A stretch of 34,280 nt of DNA from Terriglobales bacterium (GTDB lineage: Bacteria > Acidobacteriota > Terriglobia > Terriglobales > Acidobacteriaceae), in assembly GCA_035280085.1 (NCBI GenBank), contig DATEGM010000204.1, positions 1 through 34,280 on the forward strand, given 5' to 3'. Numbering within the stretch: the stretch's first letter is position 1; every line of letters begins with the position of its first letter. Under the pieces are notes generated by a model, which worked only from the letters and a program-made list of their open reading frames with translations, was not told the origin of the DNA and made no database searches. Both the position numbers and the translations under genes were made by a program. Below are positions 16,459-26,253 of this stretch, in pieces.

Positions 16459-17937
16459 GTGTTTTCCCGAATCGCAACGCAGAGATTCTCGAGGTTTTCC
16501 AGGCCATCTACGCGACCCTTGGCCGCAGGTTCGCGCTCGCATTCCGAAGCATGGCTGAAATCGGCTAGCGGTATTCTCGCCATTCTTGTGCTCGCAATCA
16601 CAACCGGCAATGCTATCGCGACCGAGAAATGGGTTTACGTTCTTATCGCGGTGGCGGCCATCGTCGCGGTGCAATGGCCCATTGAAGCTGCCTTAAGCCT
16701 CTATGCTTTTCTCGTGCCCTTTGAAGCGGTCAGCGCCCTCGGCTCCGGCAATGCAGGGGTCACCCTCAACTGGGCGGTTGGAGCGTTGGCCGGCATGGGG
16801 TTGCTTGTGGCTGGCATTGCCAAGCAACGCCTGTCAATGCCATCGCGCACGGTGCTGCTGTGGCTGGCTTTCTTGTTCTGGGGAATACTGACCATGGCCT
16901 GGGCGGTCGAACCCGCGGCGGCTAAACAAATCCTGCCCACCGCCGTCGCCCTGGTCTTCCTGTATGCACTGGCGGCGTCCTGGACGGTCACGAAAAAGCA
17001 ATTACTGCTGCTCTGCGGTTTCGCAGTAGCGGGCGGATTCCTCGCCGCGATTGCGGTCGTCTATCTGTACAGGTCAGGCGTGACCTATGGGACCTGGACA
17101 CAGACCGCGCGCGCATCCCTGATCGTAGCCAACCGGGAGACGAACCCGAACGGAATCGCCGCCGAGCTTCTGCTTCCGATTTCTCTTGCCGTTAGCTGGT
17201 TCATTTCCGCCCGCCGCCGGAGTGCAATGGTGGCAGCGTTCGTTATGTTCGCCATTATGAGCTACGCTGCCTTTCTGACCATGTCGCGGGCGTTTGTCGT
17301 TGCCTTCGCGGTCATGTTCTGTGTTTTCATCTGGAGGCTCAGGCTCAACCGCCGTCTTGTCACACTGGCCGCTGCCATTTTGGCTCTGGCTGTTTCTCTA
17401 CCTTCCCTCTTCTTCGTCCGACTTCAAGAAGCGCTCGCAACCCATGGTGCGGGCCGCCTTGACATCTGGCAGGCCGGGTTTGCTGTTCTGAAGGCCTACT
17501 GGCTGCCCGGCGCCGGCCTCAACAATTTTCCCGTCGTTTACCAGGCCTATGCGGGATACGCGAACGAGTTTACCGGCTTCAACCGCGGTTCTCACAACAT
17601 GTATCTCAATGTTACGGTTGAGCTCGGAATTGTCGGTTTGGTATTGATGTCGGCCGCTATGCTTAGTGAATTTCGTGCCGTAACCAAACTTCGGTCGGCT
17701 CTCGGCGGCACTCTGCCGCTCGTCACCCTGGGTCTGGAAGCCGCTTGCTGGGCAGTCTTGGCCAACGCTTTCTTTGGAGACATCTTGTGGAGCAAGCCCT
17801 TTTGGGTGAGCTGGCTGTTGCTGGCTATGGCGGTTCGGCTGGGACGCGAATCCGCCGCATCCAAGGAACCCGTAAGGGTGTCGGAGCCGGATTCTGGAGA
17901 GTTTTCTACCCGCTACCAGCCTTGGAGGGTCATTTAG
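16459..17937 (+). CDS. O-antigen ligase/polymerase-like (Wzy_C family) polytopic membrane protein, probable repeat-unit polymerase
   Basis: 492 aa with roughly 10-12 hydrophobic segments. A loop with AHNMY-like motif (FNRGSHNMYLNVTVELGIVGL) is typical of the O-antigen ligase/Wzy family. Context is next to wzx and wzc-like genes. GTG start. Confidence 0.7.
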   Translation: MFSRIATQRFSRFSRPSTRPLAAGSRSHSEAWLKSASGILAILVLAITTGNAIATEKWVYVLIAVAAIVAVQWPIEAALSLYAFLVPFEAVSALGSGNAGVTLNWAVGALAGMGLLVAGIAKQRLSMPSRTVLLWLAFLFWGILTMAWAVEPAAAKQILPTAVALVFLYALAASWTVTKKQLLLLCGFAVAGGFLAAIAVVYLYRSGVTYGTWTQTARASLIVANRETNPNGIAAELLLPISLAVSWFISARRRSAMVAAFVMFAIMSYAAFLTMSRAFVVAFAVMFCVFIWRLRLNRRLVTLAAAILALAVSLPSLFFVRLQEALATHGAGRLDIWQAGFAVLKAYWLPGAGLNNFPVVYQAYAGYANEFTGFNRGSHNMYLNVTVELGIVGLVLMSAAMLSEFRAVTKLRSALGGTLPLVTLGLEAACWAVLANAFFGDILWSKPFWVSWLLLAMAVRLGRESAASKEPVRVSEPDSGEFSTRYQPWRVI

Positions 17938-17983
17938 TAAGGACGTAGAGCCGTAAACTCCTTGGCTTTCAGGATCTCCTTTC

Positions 17984-19324
17984 ATGCCTCAGCTTCTTCT
18001 CATTGCTTATGGTTGCCCGCCGCGCATTGATGCGGGATCAATCCGGCCCACCGGCATCATGAAGTACCTCCCTCGCTTTGGATGGGAGGTTACAGTGCTT
18101 ACGCCCGAATTGCCGCCGGGCCCACGACCTCCCGCAACCATCATTGAAACCGGGTACAGCAATGTCCTCGATGAGTGGAAGGCTAAGATCGGGCTGGACC
18201 CGAAAAGCACCGTGCACGAGCAATTGCGGCTGTCGCAATCAGCCAATCCATCGTCCCGGCGGCTCCACACCACGCTTCTGGAAGCTGCCAAATGGGTGAT
18301 TGCTTATCCCGATGAGACCAAGGGTTGGATTCGGTTTGCAAAGGAAACTCTGTCGCGGGTGGGCCGGGAACTCAGGTTCGATGCCATACTGAGCACTTAC
18401 CCGCCGGCGCCCAGCCCCATGATCGGCGCCTATGCGCGCCAGGTTCTGAACTGTCCTTGGATTGCGGATTTTCGGGACCTCTGGGGCCAACAACGTCACT
18501 GGGGCGTGCGCCAGATTATGCAGCCTTTTTATGCCCGGCTGGAACGAAAAACCTTAAGAAAGGCTGATGCACTCGTCACCGTCTCCGAGCCTTGGGCGCT
18601 TCGGCTCCGGGAAAGGTTCCCGACGAAGCCCGTGTATACCATCACTAACGGTTTTGACCCGGCAGATTTTAGTACGGCTCGCCCGCCCCTGACCAAGCGC
18701 TTTTCAATTACGCACGCGGGATATCTTTACGATGGCATGCGTGATCCTCGTCTCTTGTTCGAAGCGCTGCGTGAGCTGATCGCTAAAGGTATGGTGGACC
18801 GGAACGATGTCGAAGTGCGCTTCTATGGCCCAGCCGAAGCCTGGCTTTTCCAACTTGTGGAGAAGTATGGATTGCAGGGCGCGGTGAAGGTGTGCGGCGT
18901 GGTTCCACGAGCGGAGGCCTTGCAGCGTGAGGCTGAGTCTCAGATCCTCTTGCTGCTGGGCTGGTCTGACCTTCGTGAAACCGGCCAGCACACCGGAAAG
19001 CTTTTCGAATATTTGGGCTCGGCCAGACCTATTCTCGCGCTGGGCGGTGCTCGCGGGGTGTTGACCGAAACCCTGGAGGAAACCCAAGCCGGCAGGCACG
19101 TTCAGAGCGCTGAGGAACTGCAGCAATATCTGCTGGCAGCCTATAACGAGTTTAAGCGCAGCGGTTCGGTTTCCTACAATCCTGACCAGCGCGCGATTGC
19201 TCAGTACACACATGAGCAGATGGCGTGCAGGTTCGCCGAAGTATTAAACGCGACCGTGGAAAATCGCCGCGCAGACTTGTCGAATTTGTCCTGCGACGAT
19301 GCTGTCGCGCACAGCCTTAGCTGA
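17984..19324 (+). CDS. GT4-like (GT-B) glycosyltransferase
   Basis: 446 aa. N-terminus LLLIAYGCPPRIDAGSIRPTGIMKYLPRFGWEVTVLTP and C-terminal GKLFEYLGSARPILALG block resemble GT-B sugar transferases. Confidence 0.7.
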   Translation: MPQLLLIAYGCPPRIDAGSIRPTGIMKYLPRFGWEVTVLTPELPPGPRPPATIIETGYSNVLDEWKAKIGLDPKSTVHEQLRLSQSANPSSRRLHTTLLEAAKWVIAYPDETKGWIRFAKETLSRVGRELRFDAILSTYPPAPSPMIGAYARQVLNCPWIADFRDLWGQQRHWGVRQIMQPFYARLERKTLRKADALVTVSEPWALRLRERFPTKPVYTITNGFDPADFSTARPPLTKRFSITHAGYLYDGMRDPRLLFEALRELIAKGMVDRNDVEVRFYGPAEAWLFQLVEKYGLQGAVKVCGVVPRAEALQREAESQILLLLGWSDLRETGQHTGKLFEYLGSARPILALGGARGVLTETLEETQAGRHVQSAEELQQYLLAAYNEFKRSGSVSYNPDQRAIAQYTHEQMACRFAEVLNATVENRRADLSNLSCDDAVAHSLS

Positions 19325-19387
19325 TCACTCCACATAAAACGACGTTTTCAGGACCGGGCCGCTTGCGCCCGGATCTTCAGGGCTCAC

Positions 19388-21559
19388 ATGACAGGCAATA
19401 AGAACGGCAAGGTCGAGATCAAGCCGCTCCGCATCGGGATCGCGGGCTGCGGCAAAGTCGCACGCTATCATGCTCAATTCATCCGGGAACAGAGCGACGC
19501 CAGGCTGGAGGGCGTGGCGGATGTTGCGCAGGACGCGGCTCGCGCATTCGCCGCCGAATACAACATTCCGGTTGTGAAGGACTGCGTTACTTCCCTGCTG
19601 GACGACGTTCCTTTGGATGTGCTGCATGTGGTAACCCCGCCTGCCTACCACTACCAGTGCGCCCGGGCTGCTCTGGACCGGGGCGTGCACGTGTTCCTGG
19701 AAAAGCCCATGGCCTTCACCGCGGCCGAGGTTACCGATCTTTACGAGCGGGCCGCGGCCGCGGGCGTGTTGCTGTGCCCGGACTTCATTCATCTCTTTCA
19801 CCCTCGCATGCGGGAATTGCTGGGTGCCGTGGAATCAGGAAAACTGGGCAAGCCGGTGCACGTTGAAAGCCGGCTGTGCATCAATCTGGAGGAAGAGACC
19901 CCGGATTTGCGGGAGGCCGTCGGCCTGCATTGGAGCCATCTGCTGCCGGGAGGCATGCTGCGCGATTACGCGGCACATGCGCTTTACCTTGCGCTTTACT
20001 TCGCCGGCTGGCCCAGCCAGATCCAGGTGACCAGCAGAGCTGGTGGCATTCTGCCCCAGGGGCTTCCTGATCACCTGACGGTTCAGATAGACGGAACCCA
20101 ATGCACGGCTACGGTTCTGCTTTCCTGCGGAATCAAGCCCTCGTCTCTTGGTGTGCGTGTACTCTGCGAGCGGGGTTCAGCCGAGGCCAGCTTCGACACG
20201 CAAACTGTCCTGGTGCGGGGGCAGAGCCCGCTTCCGCGACGCATTGCGCTGGCCACTTCGAATTTCACCGATTCCTGGCGCCTCTCCACTACCGCCGTGA
20301 GCAATATCGCGAATTACTTGCGCGGCAAGGTGGTCCCCTACGCCGGACTTAGAAGCCTGCTTCCCGCTTTCTACGCGAGCGTCCGCAATTCCGATCTGCC
20401 TCCCATCCGCCGTGAGTTAGCCAGCGCCGTCAGTATGGCGGAAGAGACAATTTTTGCGAATGCGCCGCAGGTGGCTACCCAGGGTGTTGGTTCGCCCTCC
20501 GTACAAACTGACCTTCGCCACAAGGAAAAAGTTCTGGTAACCGGCGCTGCCGGATACATAGGCAAAGCCGTGGTAACCGCGCTGGTGCAGAACGGCTATT
20601 ATGTGCGCGCGCTGGTTCGACCCACAAGTTCAGTGGAGGCACTTAAGCGGCTGGGCGTGGAAATTTTCTTGGGCGACGTTCGATCTTTTGAAGACCTGAA
20701 TGCTGCAGCGGCCGGGATGGATCTTATCGTACACCTGGCTGCGGGGCTGCGTGGTTCCGAAAAATTCGTAGTGGAGAGTTCGGTGCAGGGCACGCAGAAC
20801 GTCTCGCGGGCCGCCCTCCTGCAACGGGTAGAGCACGTCATTTACATGAGCTCCATGTCGGTTCACGATATGGCTGCCATGAAGAACCGCCAGACTATCC
20901 GCGAGGATAGCCCGCTGGAGGCGAACGCTGAGGTCAGAGGCGCCTACTCCCTGGGCAAAAGACGGGCCGAGGACATCGCGCTGCAGCATTTGGGAGATAA
21001 AAGCCCGGCGTGGACCATTCTCCGCCCCTCCCTCGTTGTGGGGCGTGGCGGGGATGCCACCGGAGCGGCGGGATGGATGCTGGGCCGCAATCTGGTTTGC
21101 CTCAGCAGCCCGCGGAAGCGCTTGTTGCTGATCCACGTGGAGGATGTCGCGGCCGCGATCGTACAAATCATCCAGCACAAAAGCACGCGCGGGAGAATCT
21201 ATACTCTCTCCCAGCCCGAACGCATTACGCTGCGGCAATACGTGAACGCGTGCATTCGGACGCAGCACGACGTGCGCGCCATCTATGTTCCCTACTGGGT
21301 CGCCATGCTGGGAGTAGCCGCAGCCAAAACAGCTAAGAAACTACTCGGACGCGGACCCAGCCTGAACCGGCGGCGGTTACTCTCTGTCTATCGCAATTTG
21401 AATGCGGATTGTGAACGGCTACGCCAGGACACCGGCTGGCAACCCGCCCCAGGGTTGCTGCAGCGGCTGGGAGCTGCTGGCGAGAGTCAGGTTATTGAAC
21501 AGCAGCCCGCGATCAGCCAGATGACTGCGGCCGAAATTGATGTCCCGACCACGACCTAA
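19388..21559 (+). CDS. Bifunctional fusion: N-terminal Gfo/Idh/MocA oxidoreductase plus C-terminal NAD(P)-dependent SDR epimerase/dehydratase-like domain
   Basis: 723 aa. N-terminal half has LRIGIAGCGKVARYHAQFI...VVTPPAYHYQCARAALDRGVHVFLEKPMA (Gfo/Idh/MocA Rossmann plus EKP motif). From about residue 378 there is KVLVTGAAGYIGKAVVTAL (GxxGxxG), LIVHLAA, and YSLGKRRAE (YxxxK). Confidence 0.8.
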   Translation: MTGNKNGKVEIKPLRIGIAGCGKVARYHAQFIREQSDARLEGVADVAQDAARAFAAEYNIPVVKDCVTSLLDDVPLDVLHVVTPPAYHYQCARAALDRGVHVFLEKPMAFTAAEVTDLYERAAAAGVLLCPDFIHLFHPRMRELLGAVESGKLGKPVHVESRLCINLEEETPDLREAVGLHWSHLLPGGMLRDYAAHALYLALYFAGWPSQIQVTSRAGGILPQGLPDHLTVQIDGTQCTATVLLSCGIKPSSLGVRVLCERGSAEASFDTQTVLVRGQSPLPRRIALATSNFTDSWRLSTTAVSNIANYLRGKVVPYAGLRSLLPAFYASVRNSDLPPIRRELASAVSMAEETIFANAPQVATQGVGSPSVQTDLRHKEKVLVTGAAGYIGKAVVTALVQNGYYVRALVRPTSSVEALKRLGVEIFLGDVRSFEDLNAAAAGMDLIVHLAAGLRGSEKFVVESSVQGTQNVSRAALLQRVEHVIYMSSMSVHDMAAMKNRQTIREDSPLEANAEVRGAYSLGKRRAEDIALQHLGDKSPAWTILRPSLVVGRGGDATGAAGWMLGRNLVCLSSPRKRLLLIHVEDVAAAIVQIIQHKSTRGRIYTLSQPERITLRQYVNACIRTQHDVRAIYVPYWVAMLGVAAAKTAKKLLGRGPSLNRRRLLSVYRNLNADCERLRQDTGWQPAPGLLQRLGAAGESQVIEQQPAISQMTAAEIDVPTTT

Positions 21560-21587
21560 GTTTTTCTTGAACCTGCTCCGTTTCTAA

Positions 21588-23144
21588 ATGCCCTCAAGAC
21601 CGCGCATTCGACGCATCGCCGGGAATATCTTCTCCAACTGGGTCGCCCTGGTCCTGGGGATGATAGTGGCATTTTTCCTGATGCCCTTCGTTGTCCATCA
21701 CCTGGGCAACGTAGCCTATGGCGTATGGGTACTGGTAGTTTCGCTGAACTCCTACATGGGGTTGCTGGATTTGGGGCTGCGCGGAGCAGTAACCCGTTTC
21801 GTTTCGAAGGGCGCCACCCAGGGAAACCATGATGAATCGTCGGAGGCCGCTTCCGGCGCTCTCTGGATTCGACTCTGGTTGAGCATTGCCATCCTGCTTA
21901 CCAGCATCGGATTCGCATCGGTATTTACCCGTTTGTTCCAGGTTCCCCCCAGCCTGGCCTGGGACGCACGCTGGGCAATTCTGGCCACCGCCGCTGGCTT
22001 GGCGGTCACCCTCTGCAGCGGAGTTTTCGGCGGGGTCCTGGCGGCGCTGCACCGCTTTGAGCTTCTCAGCACCGTCTCCATTACGCAGAACCTTTTGCGA
22101 GCCGGCGGAATTGTGCTGCTGCTCGAGTACCATCACGGCATCCTGGCTCTGGCGTTGTGGGAACTCACTACGACCATAGTGGCCAGTTGCTTGCAAATTT
22201 ATCTTTGTTTCCATGGCTATTCTGAGCTCCGGATCCACCTGGGGATGCCAAGTCGGGCAGTCTTGCGCAAGCTCTGGGGCTACAGTTTTTATGTGTTCGT
22301 CATCAACGTCGCGCTGCAATTGGTGTACTACACCGATAACCTTGTGGTGGGCGCCTTCGTCAGCGCGACGGCCGTAACCTTCTATGCGATCGGGGGAACG
22401 CTAATCGGCTATGCAAGGCAGGTGGTGGGTTCCATGACCACTACCTTCACACCTTTAGCCAGCACCTTCGAGGCCGAGGGCAGTGAACGTAGTCTGCGGC
22501 AGTTGCTGATCCATGGCACGCGCGCCGCTCTGGTCGTCTCCTTGCCCATTGAGCTTGCCCTCTTCCTGCGCGGCGAGACATTTATCAATTTGTGGATGGG
22601 CGCCGAGTATGCGCGCTCGTCGGGTACGGTGCTGCGGGTTCTGTTGATTTCACTGATCGTGAGCACCGGGAGCGCCGCCGCCTGCGGCATCGTGTATGGC
22701 ATGGAAAAGCATCGCCGGGTGGCGCTGTGGGGAATACTGGAAGGCGCCGCCAATCTGAGCCTGAGCATCTTCCTGGTGCGCCGGATCGGGATATACGGCG
22801 TGGCTTGGGGTACCACCATTCCCAGCGTCTTCGTCGAGCTCTTCCTATGGCCGCCCTTTGTTTGCGGCCTGGTTGCCATTTCCATCCGCCGGTATTTGTG
22901 GCAAACCTGGGGCCGAACAGGACTGGCGGTGCTGCCCTTCGCCGTGGGCTGCTATATGACGGAGCGCTTCTGGCCGGTTCACAGCCTGCCCTTCTTTTTT
23001 ACTCAAATTGCAGCTGTACTGCCGCTGTTCGCGCTGGGGCTGGCCGTGATGTACCGCAAAGAAATTATGACGATATGGAGGGCGCGCGCGAAGTCAGCAG
23101 CGCCCACGCCGGAGCTTGTCGCTGTGCCGGCGAGGAACGAGTAA
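21588..23144 (+). CDS. wzx: Wzx-type oligosaccharide flippase (MOP/polysaccharide biosynthesis protein family)
   Basis: 518 aa, about 12-14 TM segments. The N-terminus IRRIAGNIFSNWVALVLGMIVAFFLMPFVVHHLGNVAYGVWVLVVSL is the typical Polysacc_synt/MOP start. Confidence 0.8.
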   Translation: MPSRPRIRRIAGNIFSNWVALVLGMIVAFFLMPFVVHHLGNVAYGVWVLVVSLNSYMGLLDLGLRGAVTRFVSKGATQGNHDESSEAASGALWIRLWLSIAILLTSIGFASVFTRLFQVPPSLAWDARWAILATAAGLAVTLCSGVFGGVLAALHRFELLSTVSITQNLLRAGGIVLLLEYHHGILALALWELTTTIVASCLQIYLCFHGYSELRIHLGMPSRAVLRKLWGYSFYVFVINVALQLVYYTDNLVVGAFVSATAVTFYAIGGTLIGYARQVVGSMTTTFTPLASTFEAEGSERSLRQLLIHGTRAALVVSLPIELALFLRGETFINLWMGAEYARSSGTVLRVLLISLIVSTGSAAACGIVYGMEKHRRVALWGILEGAANLSLSIFLVRRIGIYGVAWGTTIPSVFVELFLWPPFVCGLVAISIRRYLWQTWGRTGLAVLPFAVGCYMTERFWPVHSLPFFFTQIAAVLPLFALGLAVMYRKEIMTIWRARAKSAAPTPELVAVPARNE

Positions 23145-23150
23145 GGACAC

Positions 23151-24389
23151 ATGCTACAGGTTAACGCAGAAGCACCGCTGTTTCCGGAAGTTGGAGTTTT
23201 GGCGCTCGTCTCCGACCAATGGGGACCGCAGTGGCAGGCTCGCCATCAAATCCTGAGCCGCCTTTCTCATTACTTCCGGGTGGTGTGGATGAACCCTCCC
23301 ACAAGCTGGCGGCACGTGCTGAAAAAACGTGAGGCCGGCGACGGCCGCTACTACGGCGTGCCCAGCGGATGCTCTTTGGAAATCTACGAGCCGCAGCCCT
23401 GGCTGCTCGAGTTCGGCCGCCCGGGGTGGCTGGGAAATTTGACCTTCCGCCAACGCCTGAATCGCGCCGGCAAATTGCTGCGGCGGCATGGTTGCCGGCA
23501 GACTGTGCTTTACCTCTGCCAGCCCGAGTTCGCCCCTGCGCTCCATCTCCTGCCCCATCACTTGAGCGTCTATCACATTGACGACGAATATTCGTACTCG
23601 CCGCAAGAAAAGCCGGTTGCTAAGGCGGAAGCTCGCCTGATCCAGAGTGTCGGACAGGTCTTTATACATTCTCCGGCCATGTTGGAGAAGAAAGGCCGGC
23701 TGAATCCGAACACCGAGTTCGTGCCCAACGGCGTGGATTATAAGAGCTATTCCACTCCCGTGCCCGAACCCGAGGACTTGCGCCGGATTCCGGCCCCGCG
23801 CATCGGCTACTCGGGAATGCTGAAGCCGCAAATGAACTGGCCTCTTCTTCTGGAGCTGAGCGGGCGGCATCCGCAGTGGTCGTTTGTTTTCGTTGGCGCT
23901 GCCAGCCGAAGCTGGAATTCGGCGGAAATCCTGCAGGCCTTTTCCACCCGCCGCAACGTCCATTTTCTGGGCCCAAAAACGACGCGCGATCTGGCCCGTT
24001 ATCCGCAGCATTTTCAGGTATGCATGATGCCCTACCGGAACGACGGCTACACCAAATTCATCTATCCCCTCAAACTGCACGAATACCTGGCCAGCGGCAG
24101 GCCGGTGGTGGGTTCGCCTCTGCCCACCCTGCAGAAGTTCAACAACCTTGTCTTTCTCCCGGAGACGGTGGATGAGTGGTCCATGGCCATAACCCAGGCT
24201 CTCGATCAATCAGTGTCCTCCCCCAGCGCCGTTGAGGCCCGGCAGAGAGTAGCTCAGGCGCATGACTGGAGTGTTCTGGTGGCTAAAATCGCAGGGCAGA
24301 TGGCCCGGCGGCTGGCCCTGCAAATGCCCGAAGAATCCGGCGTGTGCTCTCCGGAATTCGGCGCTGCAATGTCGCCAGTAACACTGTAA
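23151..24389 (+). CDS. GT-B glycosyltransferase (Glycos_transf_1-like C-terminal domain)
   Basis: 412 aa. PRIGYSGMLKPQMNWPLLLELSGRHPQWSFVFVG...VHFLGPKTTRDLARYPQHFQVCMMPY...PLKLHEYLASGRPVVGSP is the C-terminal GT-B donor-binding pattern. Confidence 0.7.
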   Translation: MLQVNAEAPLFPEVGVLALVSDQWGPQWQARHQILSRLSHYFRVVWMNPPTSWRHVLKKREAGDGRYYGVPSGCSLEIYEPQPWLLEFGRPGWLGNLTFRQRLNRAGKLLRRHGCRQTVLYLCQPEFAPALHLLPHHLSVYHIDDEYSYSPQEKPVAKAEARLIQSVGQVFIHSPAMLEKKGRLNPNTEFVPNGVDYKSYSTPVPEPEDLRRIPAPRIGYSGMLKPQMNWPLLLELSGRHPQWSFVFVGAASRSWNSAEILQAFSTRRNVHFLGPKTTRDLARYPQHFQVCMMPYRNDGYTKFIYPLKLHEYLASGRPVVGSPLPTLQKFNNLVFLPETVDEWSMAITQALDQSVSSPSAVEARQRVAQAHDWSVLVAKIAGQMARRLALQMPEESGVCSPEFGAAMSPVTL

Positions 24390-24423
24390 CTTGGTTGAAG
24401 ATTCCAGGACGGCTGAAATTATC

Positions 24424-25377
24424 ATGGGTACTTGCATCATGAATTCAGAGGTTGCAGAGGCGAATACAGAAGTTCGCCCCCGAGTCAGCATCGGTGTGCC
24501 CGTTTTCAACGGGGAACGATATTTGGAGCAAGCCCTGGATTCGATTTTTGCCCAAACCTATCAGAACTTCGAGTTGATTATTTCGGACAACGGCTCCAGC
24601 GATGGCACGGAAGCGATCTGCCGCCGCTACGCTGCCGCTGATTCCCGCATTCGCTATTACCGCCACGACAAAACCCGGGGCGTGACCTGGAATTTTCGCC
24701 AGGTGGTGCTGCGCTCCACGGGAGAATATTTCATGTGGGTGGCGGCCGATGACCGGCTGGCGCCCGACTACGTCGAACGTTGCGTCGAAGTATTGGACCG
24801 TGAAAGCCAGGTAGTGCTGTGCTATTGCCGCTCCGTGGATATGGATGAAGACGGCACCGTGCTGCGCCGCGAGGAGCCGGAGCTGAACACGGGAGCCTCA
24901 CAGCCGCACCAGCGGTTTCGGGAACTGATCCGCATGGATCACAACTGCGCCGCCCTTTTCGGCCTGATTCGCGCCGGCATCCTGAAGCTGACCCCCATCC
25001 ATGGGGATTTTGCCGATTCGGACCGTTCTGTCCTGGCCGAACTGGCGCTTTACGGCAAGTACTACCAGATTCCGCAAGACTTGTTCTTTCACCATGACCA
25101 CGCAGAGCGCGTAACCCGCCAATTCCCTTCCCGGCAACAGCGGATGTTCAAGCTGCATGCGGAGCGGCCACCGCGCTTTGTGCTGCCTCATTTCCGGCAG
25201 TTCTGGGAGTACCTGGCAAGCATTCAGCGCGCGCCGCTGCCCTGGGGAGAAAGACTTCGCTGCTATTTGCACATGCTGGGCTGGATTCGCGACAATAGCC
25301 CCAGGTTGTGGAGCGACCTGCGCTTCGTAGCCTGGCAAATCCTGCAACCTTTGCGGCAGGGCAGTTCCAGCCAGTGA
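24424..25377 (+). CDS. Family 2 glycosyltransferase
   Basis: VSIGVPVFNGERYLEQALDSIFAQTYQNFELIISDNGSSDGTEAICRRY and WVAADDRL (DxD). ATG 24424 chosen; the longest ORF starts at TTG 24391, and another in-frame ATG lies at 24439. Confidence 0.85.
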   Translation: MGTCIMNSEVAEANTEVRPRVSIGVPVFNGERYLEQALDSIFAQTYQNFELIISDNGSSDGTEAICRRYAAADSRIRYYRHDKTRGVTWNFRQVVLRSTGEYFMWVAADDRLAPDYVERCVEVLDRESQVVLCYCRSVDMDEDGTVLRREEPELNTGASQPHQRFRELIRMDHNCAALFGLIRAGILKLTPIHGDFADSDRSVLAELALYGKYYQIPQDLFFHHDHAERVTRQFPSRQQRMFKLHAERPPRFVLPHFRQFWEYLASIQRAPLPWGERLRCYLHMLGWIRDNSPRLWSDLRFVAWQILQPLRQGSSSQ

Positions 25378-25443
25378 AACGCCGTCGCTGGTGGCTGGCC
25401 GCCTGAGATTTGGCTTCAGGATTGCGGTTTTGGAGGACTTCTG

Positions 25444-26253
25444 ATGAAGGTCGTGTTGTTCTGTGGGGGCTTCGGCATGAGAATCAAGGAGTTCTCCGAA
25501 GCTATTCCCAAACCGCTGGTGAACATCGGCTATAGGCCCATCCTATGGCACGTAATGAAGTACTACGCGCACTATGGCCACAAAGACTTCATTCTCTGTC
25601 TGGGGTACAAGGCGGACGCAATCAAGCAATATTTCCTGAATTACAACGAGTGCCTGACCAACGACTTTGTGTTAGCCGACGGAGGCAAGCAGGTCACGCT
25701 GCTCAACAGCGACATTCACGACTGGCGTATTACTTTTGTGGACACCGGCATTACCTCCAACGTCGGTCAGAGGCTCAAGCTGGTTGAGCCCCATCTGAAG
25801 AACGAAGAAATGTTCCTGGCCAACTACACGGATGGGCTTTCCGACCTGCCCCTGCCCGACTACATCGAGCACTTTCAGCGCCGCAAGAAGCTGGCTGGGT
25901 TCGTGTGCGTCAAGCCCAGCCAGAGCTTCCACGTGGTTACCATGGAAGATGGCGACCTGGTCAGCGACATCCGGCACGTGGAGCACTCGGGAGTTCGCAT
26001 GAACGGCGGATTCTTCATTCTGCGCAAAGAGATTTTCCGCTACATGCGGCCAGGTGAAGAACTGGTGGTCGAGCCCTTCCAGCGCCTGATTCCCGAGCGC
26101 CAGCTCCTGGCTTACAACTACGACGGCTTCTGGGCCTGCATGGACACCTTCAAGGAAAAACAGCAGCTCGAAGACCTGTACGCGCGGGGTGATGCGCCTT
26201 GGGAAGTCTGGAAAAACCCTCTTCCCTCCAAGGCTGAAACCATCCATGCTTAA
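25444..26253 (+). CDS. rfbF: Glucose-1-phosphate cytidylyltransferase (CDP-glucose pyrophosphorylase)
   Basis: 269 aa, collinear with enterobacterial RfbF. Matching blocks: MKVVLFCGGFGMRIKE..IPKPLVNIGYRPILWHVMKYYAHYGHKDFILCLGYK, VDTG, NGGFFIL, GFWACMDTFKEKQQLEDLYARGDAPWEVW. GGAGGA lies 7 nt upstream of the ATG. Confidence 0.9.
   Translation: MKVVLFCGGFGMRIKEFSEAIPKPLVNIGYRPILWHVMKYYAHYGHKDFILCLGYKADAIKQYFLNYNECLTNDFVLADGGKQVTLLNSDIHDWRITFVDTGITSNVGQRLKLVEPHLKNEEMFLANYTDGLSDLPLPDYIEHFQRRKKLAGFVCVKPSQSFHVVTMEDGDLVSDIRHVEHSGVRMNGGFFILRKEIFRYMRPGEELVVEPFQRLIPERQLLAYNYDGFWACMDTFKEKQQLEDLYARGDAPWEVWKNPLPSKAETIHA

Noticed and set aside
21594-24209. Minus-strand ORFs 21594-22319 (241 aa), 22409-22885 (158 aa) and 23154-24209 (351 aa)
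   Set aside because: They are shadows of the wzx and GT genes. They lack hydrophobic periodicity and family motifs, and the sense-strand calls are well supported.
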